Made by a program: the position numbers and the translations under genes
In this document: positions 23,813 through 35,541 of the stretch, in pieces
How positions within the stretch are numbered: position 1 is the stretch's first letter
How the letters are laid out: every line of letters begins with the position of its first letter
Source of the DNA: Macrostomum lignano
Taxonomy: Eukaryota
Direction: 5' to 3'
Assembly: GCA_002269645.1 (NCBI GenBank)
Contig: NIVC01002061.1
Span: forward strand, 1-64,000
Length of the DNA stretch: 64,000 nucleotides
The notes under the pieces: generated by a model
The model's input: the letters and a program-made list of their open reading frames with translations, nothing else
The model's database searches: none
Told to the model about the DNA's origin: nothing

Positions 23813-25768
23813 CTCTTTTGTTACCTATTTTTTTCATTTCTATATTGGCTGAAAAGAAGCCTTTTATTTCAACAAATTTTTATCCTGTTGCCTTTGTGTA
23901 TATATACAAAATTTAAGCTTAAAAAATATACTATATTGTATAATATTCATTCATTTTATACTTTTCAGTACTCTATTTAGCTTTTCCTCAATGTAAACAA
24001 CAATGCAAGTAAATTTACATATATCTAAATCATAATTTACTCTTAGTATTGTCAAATTACAGTGTGTTTATAGAAATATCAGTAATCAATGTCCACTCAT
24101 TGGCACTTCCTGTCCTTTCATTGATGCCTCTTATCTACTCATTAACACTTTGTGTCCACTTACCAACATTCTCAAAATCAAAAAAGTATATTATCTCTAG
24201 TGTTACAACTATCTTGTGCATAAGACTCTATACTCGAAGTCTTAAATGACAACTATATTAATCTTATGGTGTTACACATGCATCATACTTCTAGTGCTGC
24301 CACCTATCAATTGCAATGTGCTACAACATACAATATTGCTTTCTATTACACCACAATATGACACCACTTACTTTCTAGAATCTGTGATAAAGCATCAGAA
24401 ACTATTTAAAACATGACAGATGACCATCCACATTTTTAACTTATTCCAATTTGGATAAATATGATAAAAAGATTTTAAATATTAGGCCTAATATACAAAA
24501 TAGGGTCAAATAGGCCCTAAACCTATTCAAGTTTTAATTATAAAGTCAAGTACTAATAAGGACTTTATTTATTAGTTATTGATATTGTAGTCCTAGATTT
24601 AAAACTAAGGCCTAGGTATTAGAATTTTGTATTAGCTAGGCCTAGCTTACTAGCTAATTGTATTTTATGATCATTGTTACAACTTATATTAGTTTAAAAT
24701 ACTCATTTTTACTAGGGCCTATTTTAGTATATAGCCAAGATAAACTCAAAATTTATTTTCATGGCAAGTTCCTACTTTGTGAAACAAAATAATTTTAAAG
24801 TTTTTATTTAACCTTCTCAAAACATAAAAAGTTTGGTACAATCTAGGCCTAATGCCATGGATAGCTAGACCTAGATATTTATTAGAGATCTACTAGATCC
24901 TAATCCATTGAAGATCTACCTTTATCTATCAGTGATCTATTCTGATCTGTCCTAAAAATAGATCAGGAAGTTTTTATACAAGAAAAAGAAAAATAATTTA
25001 ATGCCACAAATGAAGAGATTGCCATTGCCATTAGGCATAATTATATATATAAAATTCTATCTTTACTTATACTAATGGTTTCATCACTTCAATTTTAATT
25101 CTTGGCTCAATATTTACTTTAAATTTTGATCCCAATCAACCTACCGCAAAAAATCAATGGGGAATAAAAAACTAAAAATTGAAAAGTAAAGACAAAAAAC
25201 TTACCATCAAATAAATACACAGATATTAGTAGACATATAGTACAGAGGCTTGCAACTTTCCCATACATAACTATAAGCTGTAGCCTGTAGGCTGTAGATA
25301 TAGACTTGACCTTAAAATGAATCCAGATTCAATATTCGTTTTTCAGTAATGCAAGTTTGTTGGGTGTAAGTGTAAGGTCAAGTCAAGGGTGCTGGCCTTA
25401 CTATTTTTAGCGTTGGGATATAATCGTTCTTTACCAACTAACTAGAAAAAACCAAAGCAGAATGCAAGGCACTGTAGTAAAAAACGAAATAAAATCTAGG
25501 ATAATGAAAAGGAACATGAATCAATTATTAAAGGTAGGCAAGTAATAACCACACCCGACGCACCAGTGTTTGTGAAAAAAATGTTCGTTCTTTTCTATGA
25601 AAACAGACATTCAAAATTGTGGTCTAACAAAAATATATTATTTTTTCTAACTTTGGAGTTTCATCAGAATCTTTATATTCAGAATGTGCCTAAAAGGGGG
25701 TTGTAGCCTAAAGGGGGTTGTAGCCTAAAAGGCGTAGCCTAACCAGAGGAGATGTAGCCATAGCTTAA

Positions 25769-26080
25769 GGGCCGGTTGTATATAGCGTAGTGGTTTTAGA
25801 GCGTTGGACTCACGACCAGAGGTTCGCTTCTCGACCAAATCGGAACAATTTATTGCAAGACACTTAGCTCTGCATTGCGTCTGCCCAGCCCAGCCGAGCA
25901 TTAGCTGGGGTAAGGGGTAAATTGATCAGAGTGGTGAACCCCCCGTCCTTTGGACTGAACAGCTATATTATAGCCGTACGCACTACGCAGCCTTCAGAAT
26001 GCGCCGCGCAATAATAGCTGCAGCTGAGCTGTCGGCTGCACCTCTGGCCCAATTGGGGCAGCTGTTAATCATTGTTATTG
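25769..26080 (+). mobile_element. tRNA-derived SINE, copy 1
   Basis: A-box tagcgtagtgg, degenerate B-box ggttcg, body gcaagacacttagc...cagcattagctggggtaa...ggactgaacagc shared with copy 2. Confidence 0.8.
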
Positions 26081-27745
26081 TATGACATGATAGGTATATA
26101 ATTTATGATGCGTGAGAGTACTCTCCCGATTCTGTGTGGGCAATGTCTGTAAAATTTCAAAGTGCATTTTTTAACTATTTGTATGTTTGTGCCATTTCAA
26201 TTGTCCATTTGATCCCTTGTCTTTTAAGGAAGCCAGTTATTAGTGGGACAAAAAAATAACTTGAAATAAACTAACACTAGAAGCTAAATTTAGCAACAGC
26301 TGGCTATAGCTGGCGGATTTAAACGGTCGACATGTAAAATCGGATCAAGAGCGAAAGGAGAGATAATTAAAAGACAGAGAAGTTAGAGTGACCGAGGCGA
26401 GGCAGTTTGCATTTAGAAATAACGTACGTGTGTCTAAAATATCAATCGTGCAACGTGCAAGCATTACGAACGGTTCTACATATATACACACAACAAACAA
26501 AAATTAAAACGGCCCAATTGAGGGCCAACACACGCAAAATACAGAGAAAATAGGAATTAATACGATCATTGTCAATTTATGTGGATAAATCTGACACCTC
26601 TGATCGAATCCTTCTGTGTGAATGCCGCTGCATGCATCCACACTGATTCTCATTGCTCAGCCGAGATACTGCACTACTGTACCGTTAAACGAGTTTTCTA
26701 CATGCATGTCTATCCGATTTTACACACAACTATATACATGTAGGTAAGCGTTAAACGTGTTAAATAGCAACACGAGGTTTTTTAAATAAGAATTTTAAGT
26801 TTCATGGAGTCATTATTTAGCAGTCTTCCATTAAAAGACCATATCATGGGAGCTGCCCCCTGCTGCACGCTCGCTGCACCACTCTCACTGACACTTTTCT
26901 CTCTTAGAAGTCCCATCCCAATCTTCGCTAGCATTTTTAAACTGGAAATCAATTGCTTCGGCTATACATTACGAGCCAAATTTTATGCAAAAACTTTATC
27001 TTCAAAATTTCTTTGCCAGTTTTTATCTTCCTCTCTGCGATTCTTTTGAAAGCGTACAGTGCAGTGCATAAATTGATGGCTGTTCCGTCGAAAGTTTTTG
27101 TGGTACGCGCGTTTTGCTGTTAAAATCGATCAAACTATAATAATTTTTTGCTCAAGAGGTATACATTATTTTATTATTATACAATAATTTATATTTAAAT
27201 GCATTTAGTATACATGTACAATTGTAGAATTCATTTGCATGTTTTTCAATTCAATAAATTGTTGCTTTTTTCAACCTGCATCATGGCATGACATACTACA
27301 CTACTTTTTTCAGTATAGTAGTAACTGCGGAGAAGAGCGGTGAATCCTATTGTCTGACACAAAAGTCATTTGTGCGCAACATCCAGACGGAGACTGCATT
27401 CTATCACTCAGCAGATTTCAGACGGTAAATTATATGTACACTTGCTGTTCATATGTAAACTGATAAACATATTTACGCGCACAACGCCTTAGGTCTACAA
27501 AATAATTCTCTAGGAGGCTGTCAGGGACTGTACTGCACATGTAGAAGCTTCTCCTGTCGTCTTTGTTCTTATCTTCGTCCTTCAGGGTCTCTAGGAAGAT
27601 GTCAGGATCTCTAGGATGGTTCCCAATGTCAGGTTTTCAATGATCCCCAATTTAATGTCCTAAGGTACTTGTATCCTGCTGTTCATCACAAAAGGGTAGG
27701 CTACTATAATAATAAAATTGATTAGGCCTGTCCCTTTGGGGAAAA

Positions 27746-28013
27746 TGTGCAACCGACAGCTCAGCCACAGCTATTGCGCGGCGCATCTGAAGGCTGCGTA
27801 CGGCTGTTCAGTCCAAGGACTGGGGGGTCGCCACACACACCCTCAATTACCCCAGCTAATGCTGGCACCCATTTTAAATGATCTGGATAAACTGAAGCAA
27901 TTAAGACTTAAGTGTCTTGTTCAAGGATAAAAATTGCTCCGAGATGGTCGAGAGTCGAACCGCTGATCTTTCAGTCGTGAGTCTGATGCTCTAACCACTT
28001 GACTAACAACCCT
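27746..28013 (-). mobile_element. tRNA-derived SINE, copy 2 (inverted), with CORE-like central domain
   Basis: Minus strand reads tagtcaagtggttagagc (A-box) and ggttcgactc (B-box), then ccttgaacaagacacttaag...cttcagttt...taaaatggg; the 3' part matches copy 1. Confidence 0.82.
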
Positions 28014-28115
28014 AGCGATGGAGTCTCTAATGAAGGCCTAAGATGCCTGAACGACATTTACCAATAGACTGTAAGCGCGGTGACAGAAAACATCGGCAGG
28101 TTACATGCAAGGTCT

Positions 28116-28403
28116 TCACTCGCCGAACGTCATGCCGACAGTCTCTGAATGACATCCGGGAAACAGCGCCTGGTCCAGGTCCATGGCCACGGCGGTGGCC
28201 TCCTCGTCCTTCAATGCTTCGGCCCTGGAGAACAGGCTGCGGGCCATCAGGCCGGCGGCCAGGACGCAGAGGGTGCCCAGGCTGGCCACCAGGATGAAGG
28301 TGGAGCGCGGATTCGGCCGCTGCACATCGTGGGACTCCTCGTCGAATGCGTCCTTCACTACCTTGTCGACTCCGCTGGTGACATTGGTTAGAAATGGCAG
28401 CAT
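28116..28403 (-). CDS. Small (95 aa) single-pass membrane protein, or last exon of a larger gene
   Basis: Strong G/C third-position bias; TM segment TFILVASLGTLCVLAAGLMA; N-terminal NVT sequon. An acceptor ctaac...caccag| near 28378 leaves the exon alternative open. Confidence 0.6.
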   Translation of the reverse strand: MLPFLTNVTSGVDKVVKDAFDEESHDVQRPNPRSTFILVASLGTLCVLAAGLMARSLFSRAEALKDEEATAVAMDLDQALFPGCHSETVGMTFGE

Positions 28404-28599
28404 TTCTTTGGCGAATAATTAGCGTACATGTACTCGCGAATTTCATGTGTTTCCAACAAGCTTTGGGTTGAGTTAGCCCTGCTCCAGTGCAAGGGAAGCT
28501 GTTTAATAATATTGCTGCCTTCACTGATTCTATCCAATGAGCAGCGAGATCCACAGTGATAGCCGAGGCTTTGGGTATGAGCGACAGTTTTTTTGAGGG

Positions 28600-29195
28600 G
28601 CCACCACTGCTGACTGATAAGAGACCGCCACAGCTGACTGATAAGGGGGCGCCACAGCTGACTGATAAGGGGGCGCCACAGCTGACTGATATGGGGGCGC
28701 CAAAGCTGAATGATAAGAGGGCGCCACAGCTGACTGATAAGAGGGCGCCACAGCTGACTGATAAGAGGGCGCCACAGCTGACTGATAAGAGGGCGCCACA
28801 GCTGACTGATAAGAGGGCGCCACAGCTGACTGATAAGAGGGCGCCACAGCTGACTGATAAGGGGGCGCCAAAGCTGACTGATAAGAGGGCACCACAGCTG
28901 ACTGATAAGAGGGCGCCACAGCTGACTGATAAGGGGGCGCCAAAGCTGACTGATAAGAGGGCGCCACAGCTGACTGATAAGAGGGCGCCAATGCTGACTG
29001 ATGAGGGGGCGCCACAGCTGACTGATAAGAGGGCGCCACAGCTGACTGATAAGGGGCGCCAATGCTTATTGATGAGGGGGCGCCACAGCTGACTGATAAG
29101 AGGGCGCCAATGCTGACTGATAGGGGGGCGCCACAGCTAACTGATAAGGGGCGCCAATGCTGACTGATGAGGGGGCGCCACAGCTGACTGATAAT
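28600..29195. repeat. 21-bp tandem minisatellite (gggcgccacagctgactgataaga-type)
   Basis: Direct reading; the ORF-track 7-aa periodicity confirms 21 bp. Confidence 0.95.
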
Positions 29196-29759
29196 ATGTA
29201 ACTACATACATTTGCATAGAAAGCTAGCTACAGCATACACGTTGCATTATGCACGTGCAGCAGAAGAGTCGCGCAAACTGCGCTGTCTCGAATTGAATGA
29301 TTGAATTTTTACCAGAAAGATCACTCACCGCAGATTTTATACTTGGTGCACACAGCTATCAAGAATTGCGCCAGATGTATGATGAATGATTTTTAATAAA
29401 TTCTGGCCAAAACTTCTAACCCTATGAGGAAACTTTGAACTTGGAGCATACATGCATGCGTGTAAAACGTGTCTCTGGGCGGCAGATGATTGAAGCAAAA
29501 GTCAGCGGTTTTCCAAGAAGAAATCTGGAACATCATGATGGGCACAACTGCAAATTCTTGAAGGCTCATAAAATTTATTCTATTACTGGTGCCTAGAATA
29601 AAAAATCTACATTGTACTTCAAGTATTGAAGATTTTCTTAAGCATAAGGCAAGTAGGGGACGCTGGTTGAAGAGAACTCTCTGGCTTGCACTCGTAGCTG
29701 GAGCAGGAACAGACCCCTGCAGGCTCCCCTGCCCTGCGCCGTCTCAAGCTTGCGTTTGT

Positions 29760-30893
29760 GACCGATGCTTGATTGCCCTCGGCCTCCATCTGACACTGAT
29801 GCTTGATTGCCCTCGGCCTCCATCTGACACTGATGCTTGATTGCCCTCGGTCTCCATCTGACACTGATGCTTGATTGCCCTCGGCCTCCATCTGACACTG
29901 ATGCTTGATTGCCCTCGGCCTCCATCTGACACTGATGCTTGATTGCCCTCGGTCTCCATCTGACACTGATGCTTGATTGCCCTCGGCCTCCATCTGACAC
30001 TGATGCTTGATTGCCCTCGGCCTCCATCTGACACTGATGCTTGATTGCCCTCGGCCTCCATCTGACACTGATGCTTGATTGCCCTCGGCCTCCATCTGAC
30101 ACTGATGCTTGATTGCCCTCGGCCTCCATCTGACACTGATGCTTGATTGCCCTCGGCCTCCATCTGACACTGATGCTTGATTGCCCTCGGCCTCCATCTG
30201 ACACTGATGCTTGATTGCCCTCGGCCTCCATCTGACACTAATGCTTGATTGCCCTCGGCCTCGACCCATCTGACACTGATGCTTGATTGCCCTCGGTCTC
30301 CATCTGACACTGATGCTTGATTGCCCTCGACCCATCTGACACTGATGCTTGATTGCCCTCGGTCTCCATCTGACACTGATGCTTGATTGCCCTCGGTCTC
30401 CATCTGACACTGATGCTTGATTGCCCTCGGCCTCCATCTGACACTGATGCTTGATTGCCCTCGGCCTTCATCTGACACTGATGCTTGATTGCCCTCGGCC
30501 TCCATCTGACACTGATGCTTGATTGCCCTCGGCCTCCATCTGACACTGATGCTTGATTGCCCTCGGTCTCCATCTGACACTGATGCTTGATTGCCCTCGG
30601 CCTCCATCTGACACTGATGCTTGATTGCCCTCGGCCTCCATCTGACACTGATGCTTGATTGCCCTCGGCCTCCATCTGACACTGATGCTTGATTGCCCTC
30701 GGTCTCCATCTGACACTGATGCTTGATTGCCCTCGGCCTCCATCTGACACTGATGCTTGATTGCCCTCGGCCTCCATCTGACACTGATGCTTGATTGCCC
30801 TCGGCCTCCATCTGACACTGATGCTTGATTGCCCTCGGCCTCCATCTGACACTGATGCTTGATTGCCCTCGGTCTCCATCTGACACTGATGCT
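29760..30893. repeat. 34-bp tandem minisatellite (ccatctgacactgatgcttgattgccctcggcct)
   Basis: Direct reading. Confidence 0.96.
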
Positions 30894-31707
30894 TGGTGTT
30901 AATCTGACAGTCATGCTTGAAGTCCATCTGACACTCATGCTTGATGTCCATCTGACACTCATGCTTGATGTCGTCCATCTGACACTCATGTTTGAAGTCC
31001 ATCTGACACTCATGCTTGATGTCCATCTGACACTCATGTTTGAAGTCCATCTGACACTCATGCTTGAAGTCCATCTGACACTCATGCTTGATGTCCACCT
31101 GACACTCATGTTTGATGTCCACCTGACACTCATGCTTGAAGTCCATCTGACACTCATGTTTGAAGTCCATCTGACACTCATGCTTGATGTCCATCTGACA
31201 CTCATGTTTGAAGTCCATCTGACACTCATGCTTGAAGTCCATCTGACACTCATGCTTGATGTCCACCTGACACTCATGTTTGATGTCCACCTGACACTCA
31301 TGCTTGAAGTCCATCTGACACTCATGCTTGATGTCCATCTGTCACTCATGCTTGATGTCCATCTGACACTCATGCTTGAAGTCCATCTGACACTCATGCT
31401 TGAAGTCCATCTGACACTCATGCTTGATGTCCATCTGTCACTCATGCTTGATGTCCATCTGACACTCATGCTTGATGTCCATCTGACACTCATGCTTGAT
31501 GTCCATCTGACACTCATGCTTGATGTCCATCTGACACTCATGCTTGATTTCCATCTGACACTCATGCTTGATTTCCATCTGACACTCATGCTTGAAGTCC
31601 ATCTGACACTCATGCTTGAAGTCCATCTGACACTCATGCTTGAAGTCCATCTGACACTCATGCTTGAAGTCCATCTGACAGTCATGCTTGAAGTCCATCT
31701 GACACTC
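30894..31707. repeat. 24-bp tandem minisatellite (ccatctgacactcatgcttgaagt), left part; interrupted by the EnSpm element
   Basis: Direct reading; 8-aa periodicity in the ORF track. Confidence 0.96.
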
Positions 31708-32609
31708 CCCACATAACCAAAAACCTCGCCTCCACATCGGGGCGATACCGCCCGGCGATTCGTCTAAACATCGCCGAGCGATCGCCCTTATCTCGCCGAA
31801 ATATCGCGGCTGTCCGCAGGGGCGATATCGTCCCGTATCGCCCGGCGATATCGTTTGGCGAGCAATTGGCGATGAATTGACGATACAGTTATAATTCTGG
31901 TTTAAATGATAGCATTAAAAATTATTGAAAGAATCAACAGACACAGCTCATTACTGCAAATTTATTATTCCATCAGATGGCTTATAGCTATCCTTCAAGT
32001 CGCTGGGGACGAAAATTCCACAAGTTCTTATTAATGCCACTTTCAATTTTTAATATATATTTCACTTCTAATGATGCTACTTCTAGCAGCATGTATGGTG
32101 AAAATTCAGCTATAAATATGCAGCAGGCAGGGAGAGAAAAATATAATATAGGAGAAAAATTGCAATAGTTAAACTTGAGCACTAAAGACTTTCATTTGAC
32201 AAATATTGAAGACAAATGCTGGGCTGGTTGGCAATAAGATAAAACATACGTTTGACAAGTTTGACAAGTATAATGCATTCTTGTCAGACTCCCAGAATCT
32301 TTAAATGACTCGAAATTCGGAACTTTATCAATTGTTGCTCTTTAAACCCTAAGCCAAGTCAAAATGACACTCATAACAATAAAATTTCTTGATAATACCA
32401 GGCTGGCATGAACCCGTCTCAATTTGGTCATGCTAATAGAATGACGGTCATGTCATTACATGACTAAGTCTAAGGCAAAAAACCCAGATGACTAAATAAC
32501 CAAATATTAAATATTAATAAGTATTTCCGACTTCTTTAACAAGCAATTCGACAGTGAATATTGGTTACTTCACAATGGAAAAATTAAATGTAACAAGGTA
32601 AAATTCCAG

Positions 32610-35451
32610 TTACTTCGACTTATCATGCTTGCGCAGAATATCACCCGCATGCATCAGACTGTGGGCGATTGAATCATCAATCTCCTTGTCCGTAAACATG
32701 GTGTTGCCCAGACGAGCAGCCCTGACAACTACCCTGTGGAGAGTTGTATTCTTGAATGCCTTCTTCGGACCAACACCAGTGAAGTTAAATTGTAGTAGCA
32801 CCTCGGCTGCCACGACATTACGAAGCATTCTTCTAATGAGCTCCCTCGCATCCTTACCACCCACGTGGGCCAGTTTTTGTGCCTAGAATGGGCAAATTTG
32901 TGAATGACAGAAAATTTTGAGCACTTGTTTGGGTTAACTCTTCAAAACAATTTATGTTGTGCACTGCACAGAAAAATTACTGTACTAAAATACGCCTACA
33001 GAATTTGTAAACCTGAATAAATAAAACTTGGCACTCAAATTAAAAACAAGGCCTTTTCTGTGTACCCAAGAAGACTTAAACGATTTTTACTGACCATGCA
33101 GTAACTGCCTAGAAAATAAAAGTTGAGTAACCTAAAGATTCGGTTCTATACTTCAGGACTAAAAGTTAGTATAACTTTTATATACAGCAGGTATATGAGC
33201 ATTGAACAATTTTTCTTACCATTAGTTTCTCATGCTTCTTGTCCCCAAGCCACTCGAGCAGACTGTCCATTTGCTCCATCGACTTGACTGGCAGGCAGTG
33301 GGGAATGTCCGGTAGGTCCTGTTGGTGTAGTCCATTCGAAATGACCGACAGCTTTCTTGTGATGACTTCGACAGTCTCACGGATGGACGCCAGCTCCCGT
33401 AGGACTTTGACCTCAAAACCTACAACAAATTCAGGATGACCGATACAAATTGTGCATAATTTTTTTATACTATAGCTTTTCCCTGAGTCACGATACACTT
33501 GAAAGCTAAGCTTTTGACTTACGTGACAGGCCCATGTTCGCAGAACTCTGTGCAGAGTCTAGTGTGTGCCGAGGCGTCATGATCATGGAGGCGACAGCGG
33601 GCGTCGAAGCAGCCTTCGAAGGCCTGGAAGGTGTGGTAATACACTTGAAAGCTAAGCTTTTGACTTACGTGACAGGCCCATGTTCGCAGAACTCTGTGCA
33701 GAGTCTAGTGTGTGCCGAGGCGTCATGATCATGGAGGCGACAGCGGGCGTCGAAGCAGCCTTCGAAGGCCTGGAAGGTGTGGTAATACTAGCAGCCATTG
33801 CTCCTCCTGTAGAACTCTCGCGGGACTGCTCCGTTGTTAGAACATGGCAGTCGGCCGGAGTAGGAGTACCGCAGCCTGTAGAGCCGTTCGACTGGGGATG
33901 AGTCGCCGGTTGGCCTGGAAACGGAGGAGGCATGGCTGTCTCCGAACCCGACTCAGAACCCGACTCCGAGTCCGATCTGACCGAAGGCGTCGGTTGGGAG
34001 CGCTTTGATGAGGAGCGCTTACGCTTGGTTGTCGCAGTCCCCGAATCGGCCGAGTCAGAGGATAACCGGCGCCGCCGGCTCTCTGGTGGCACCTCCTCGA
34101 CGAAACGCGAAGTCTGTGATCGACGACGAGGTTGTTCGGCATCCGTAGTAAGTTCGTCCTGGCCAGCCTCGGCTTTCTTGCATCGTCTACGCGCCGTAAC
34201 TTCATTGTCTGAAGGGAAAAATCAAATTGCACATCCACATGTAAAACAAACCAATTAGAGGCAATGTTGCGCACATCTATCATATAATCCATCACAAAAG
34301 TATCCTGAAATTTTATGATCTACCTTCATGTATAGCCTGCATTCTAGCGATGCCATGCTGCTATCTTTGAAAGTTTTACTATATTCTAGTAAACAATCTA
34401 ACATATATATAGGCTACTATAATCAGAAGTATGCAGTTCAATTAGTCACCGAATAAGTAATTCAAAGGAAGTCTAGAACTTAAAGTATTTACCACACTTC
34501 GACAGGATAGTACAGGAGTGGGTCTCCCAGTCAGTCTCCGGAATGGAACCTTTGCTTCGGAGTACCTTCAGTCGTTCGTTGCTCACTCGAGGCCATTGGC
34601 ATGTTCTTAGGCCGATCATCCATGCTTCGGGAGCATACTCGACAAACTGCCCCCAAAGTCAAGAATGTAGAACAGCTGAAGGAAAAGATATAATTGCTCG
34701 CATAAATAAAGATGTGAACAAATTTTATTAAACCAGTAAAACTAGCATTTTTGTTCCACACGACGCTAAAATCTTAAGCTTTGCCTCTTCTTATTCAACT
34801 CATACAATATGAGCAAACTTAATGTTGGAAAATCAAAGCAACAATCAAAAGCTCTTTAACAATATAGAAGCATTGTTAAAGCATATAGAATAGTTGAGGG
34901 AATTGGAGAAAAAAATAACTTACTTTACATTTGACATGTAAACATGTATGAGACAATACATTATGAGTATGAAATACATTTCATGGCCATAAATTGTATC
35001 TACTGAGTAAAATTGAGTAAAACTGTGTAAAATTTCCGTAATGCAAAAGTTTACCAATTTATTTGGTTGCTACAATGCTTATGGTTGAAATTGGATCTGT
35101 TGACAATTTATCATTACACAAACTTATGAGGGGTGTCCAGTGAAATATAGGACAGGTGCCATATATTTTAATATATTCTATTTAAAATAAATTAAATTAA
35201 ATATTTTAATACTTTATTTTAGGCTTTAGCCATAGACTAATTGATAGTTGCTCTTTATAGTATGAAATGAATTTTCATGATACACATGAATAGAAATGAG
35301 CAATGAGCACAGTCCTATATTTTGCTGGACAACCCTCGTATGTCATTGGATTAAAGTGTCTAACACCAATTAAATACTGCACCAACAACCAAGCAAAAAT
35401 TAAAAACTGTGTCAACACCAAGCACCAAAAACTGCTGTGACAAATTACCAT
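32610..35451 (-). CDS. Transposon second gene, DUF4806-type protein (~400 aa). Predicted exons 35449-35451 (ATG), 34493-34675, 33669-34208, 33220-33419, 32610-32882; probable 1-nt frameshift in a G5 run at 34650-34654
   Basis: All introns are GT-AG and phases agree from exon 33669-34208 onward. N-terminal ...APEAW...CQWP...W....C.IL, ARRRCKKAE...DELTTDAE, and C-terminal L.HVGG.D....IRR.L...FNFTG...K.AF....L..V..A.....EI...I..L..AGD resemble the DUF4806 proteins that accompany these transposases. Family assignment is from memory, not a search. Confidence 0.7.
33493..33788. repeat. Exact 146-bp tandem duplication spanning an exon end and splice donor of the DUF4806-type gene
   Basis: Copies start at 33493 and 33639, with atac microhomology at the junction. 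Confidence 0.95.
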
Positions 35452-35541
35452 GGCACTGAAGGATAGAAACGTCACCTGTTAATAATCAGAGATCACTTCC
35501 AGAGATCTGGAAGTGGGTAAACAGTGGGTAAGCACTGTCAC

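Noticed and set aside
25769-25840. tRNA gene (also 27940-28013)
   Set aside because: A and B boxes are present but there is no complete cloverleaf or acceptor stem, and both continue into a shared SINE body.
29560-29760. Upstream exon for the 95-aa membrane protein
   Set aside because: An acceptor-like site exists, but no donor in a sensible frame and no recognisable peptide.
28388-31737. Long ORFs (170-414 aa) in several frames, e.g. 29744-30886, 30238-31338, 30468-31712
   Set aside because: They are translations of 21-, 34- and 24-bp tandem units that lack stops; they are open on both strands with no unique coding flanks.
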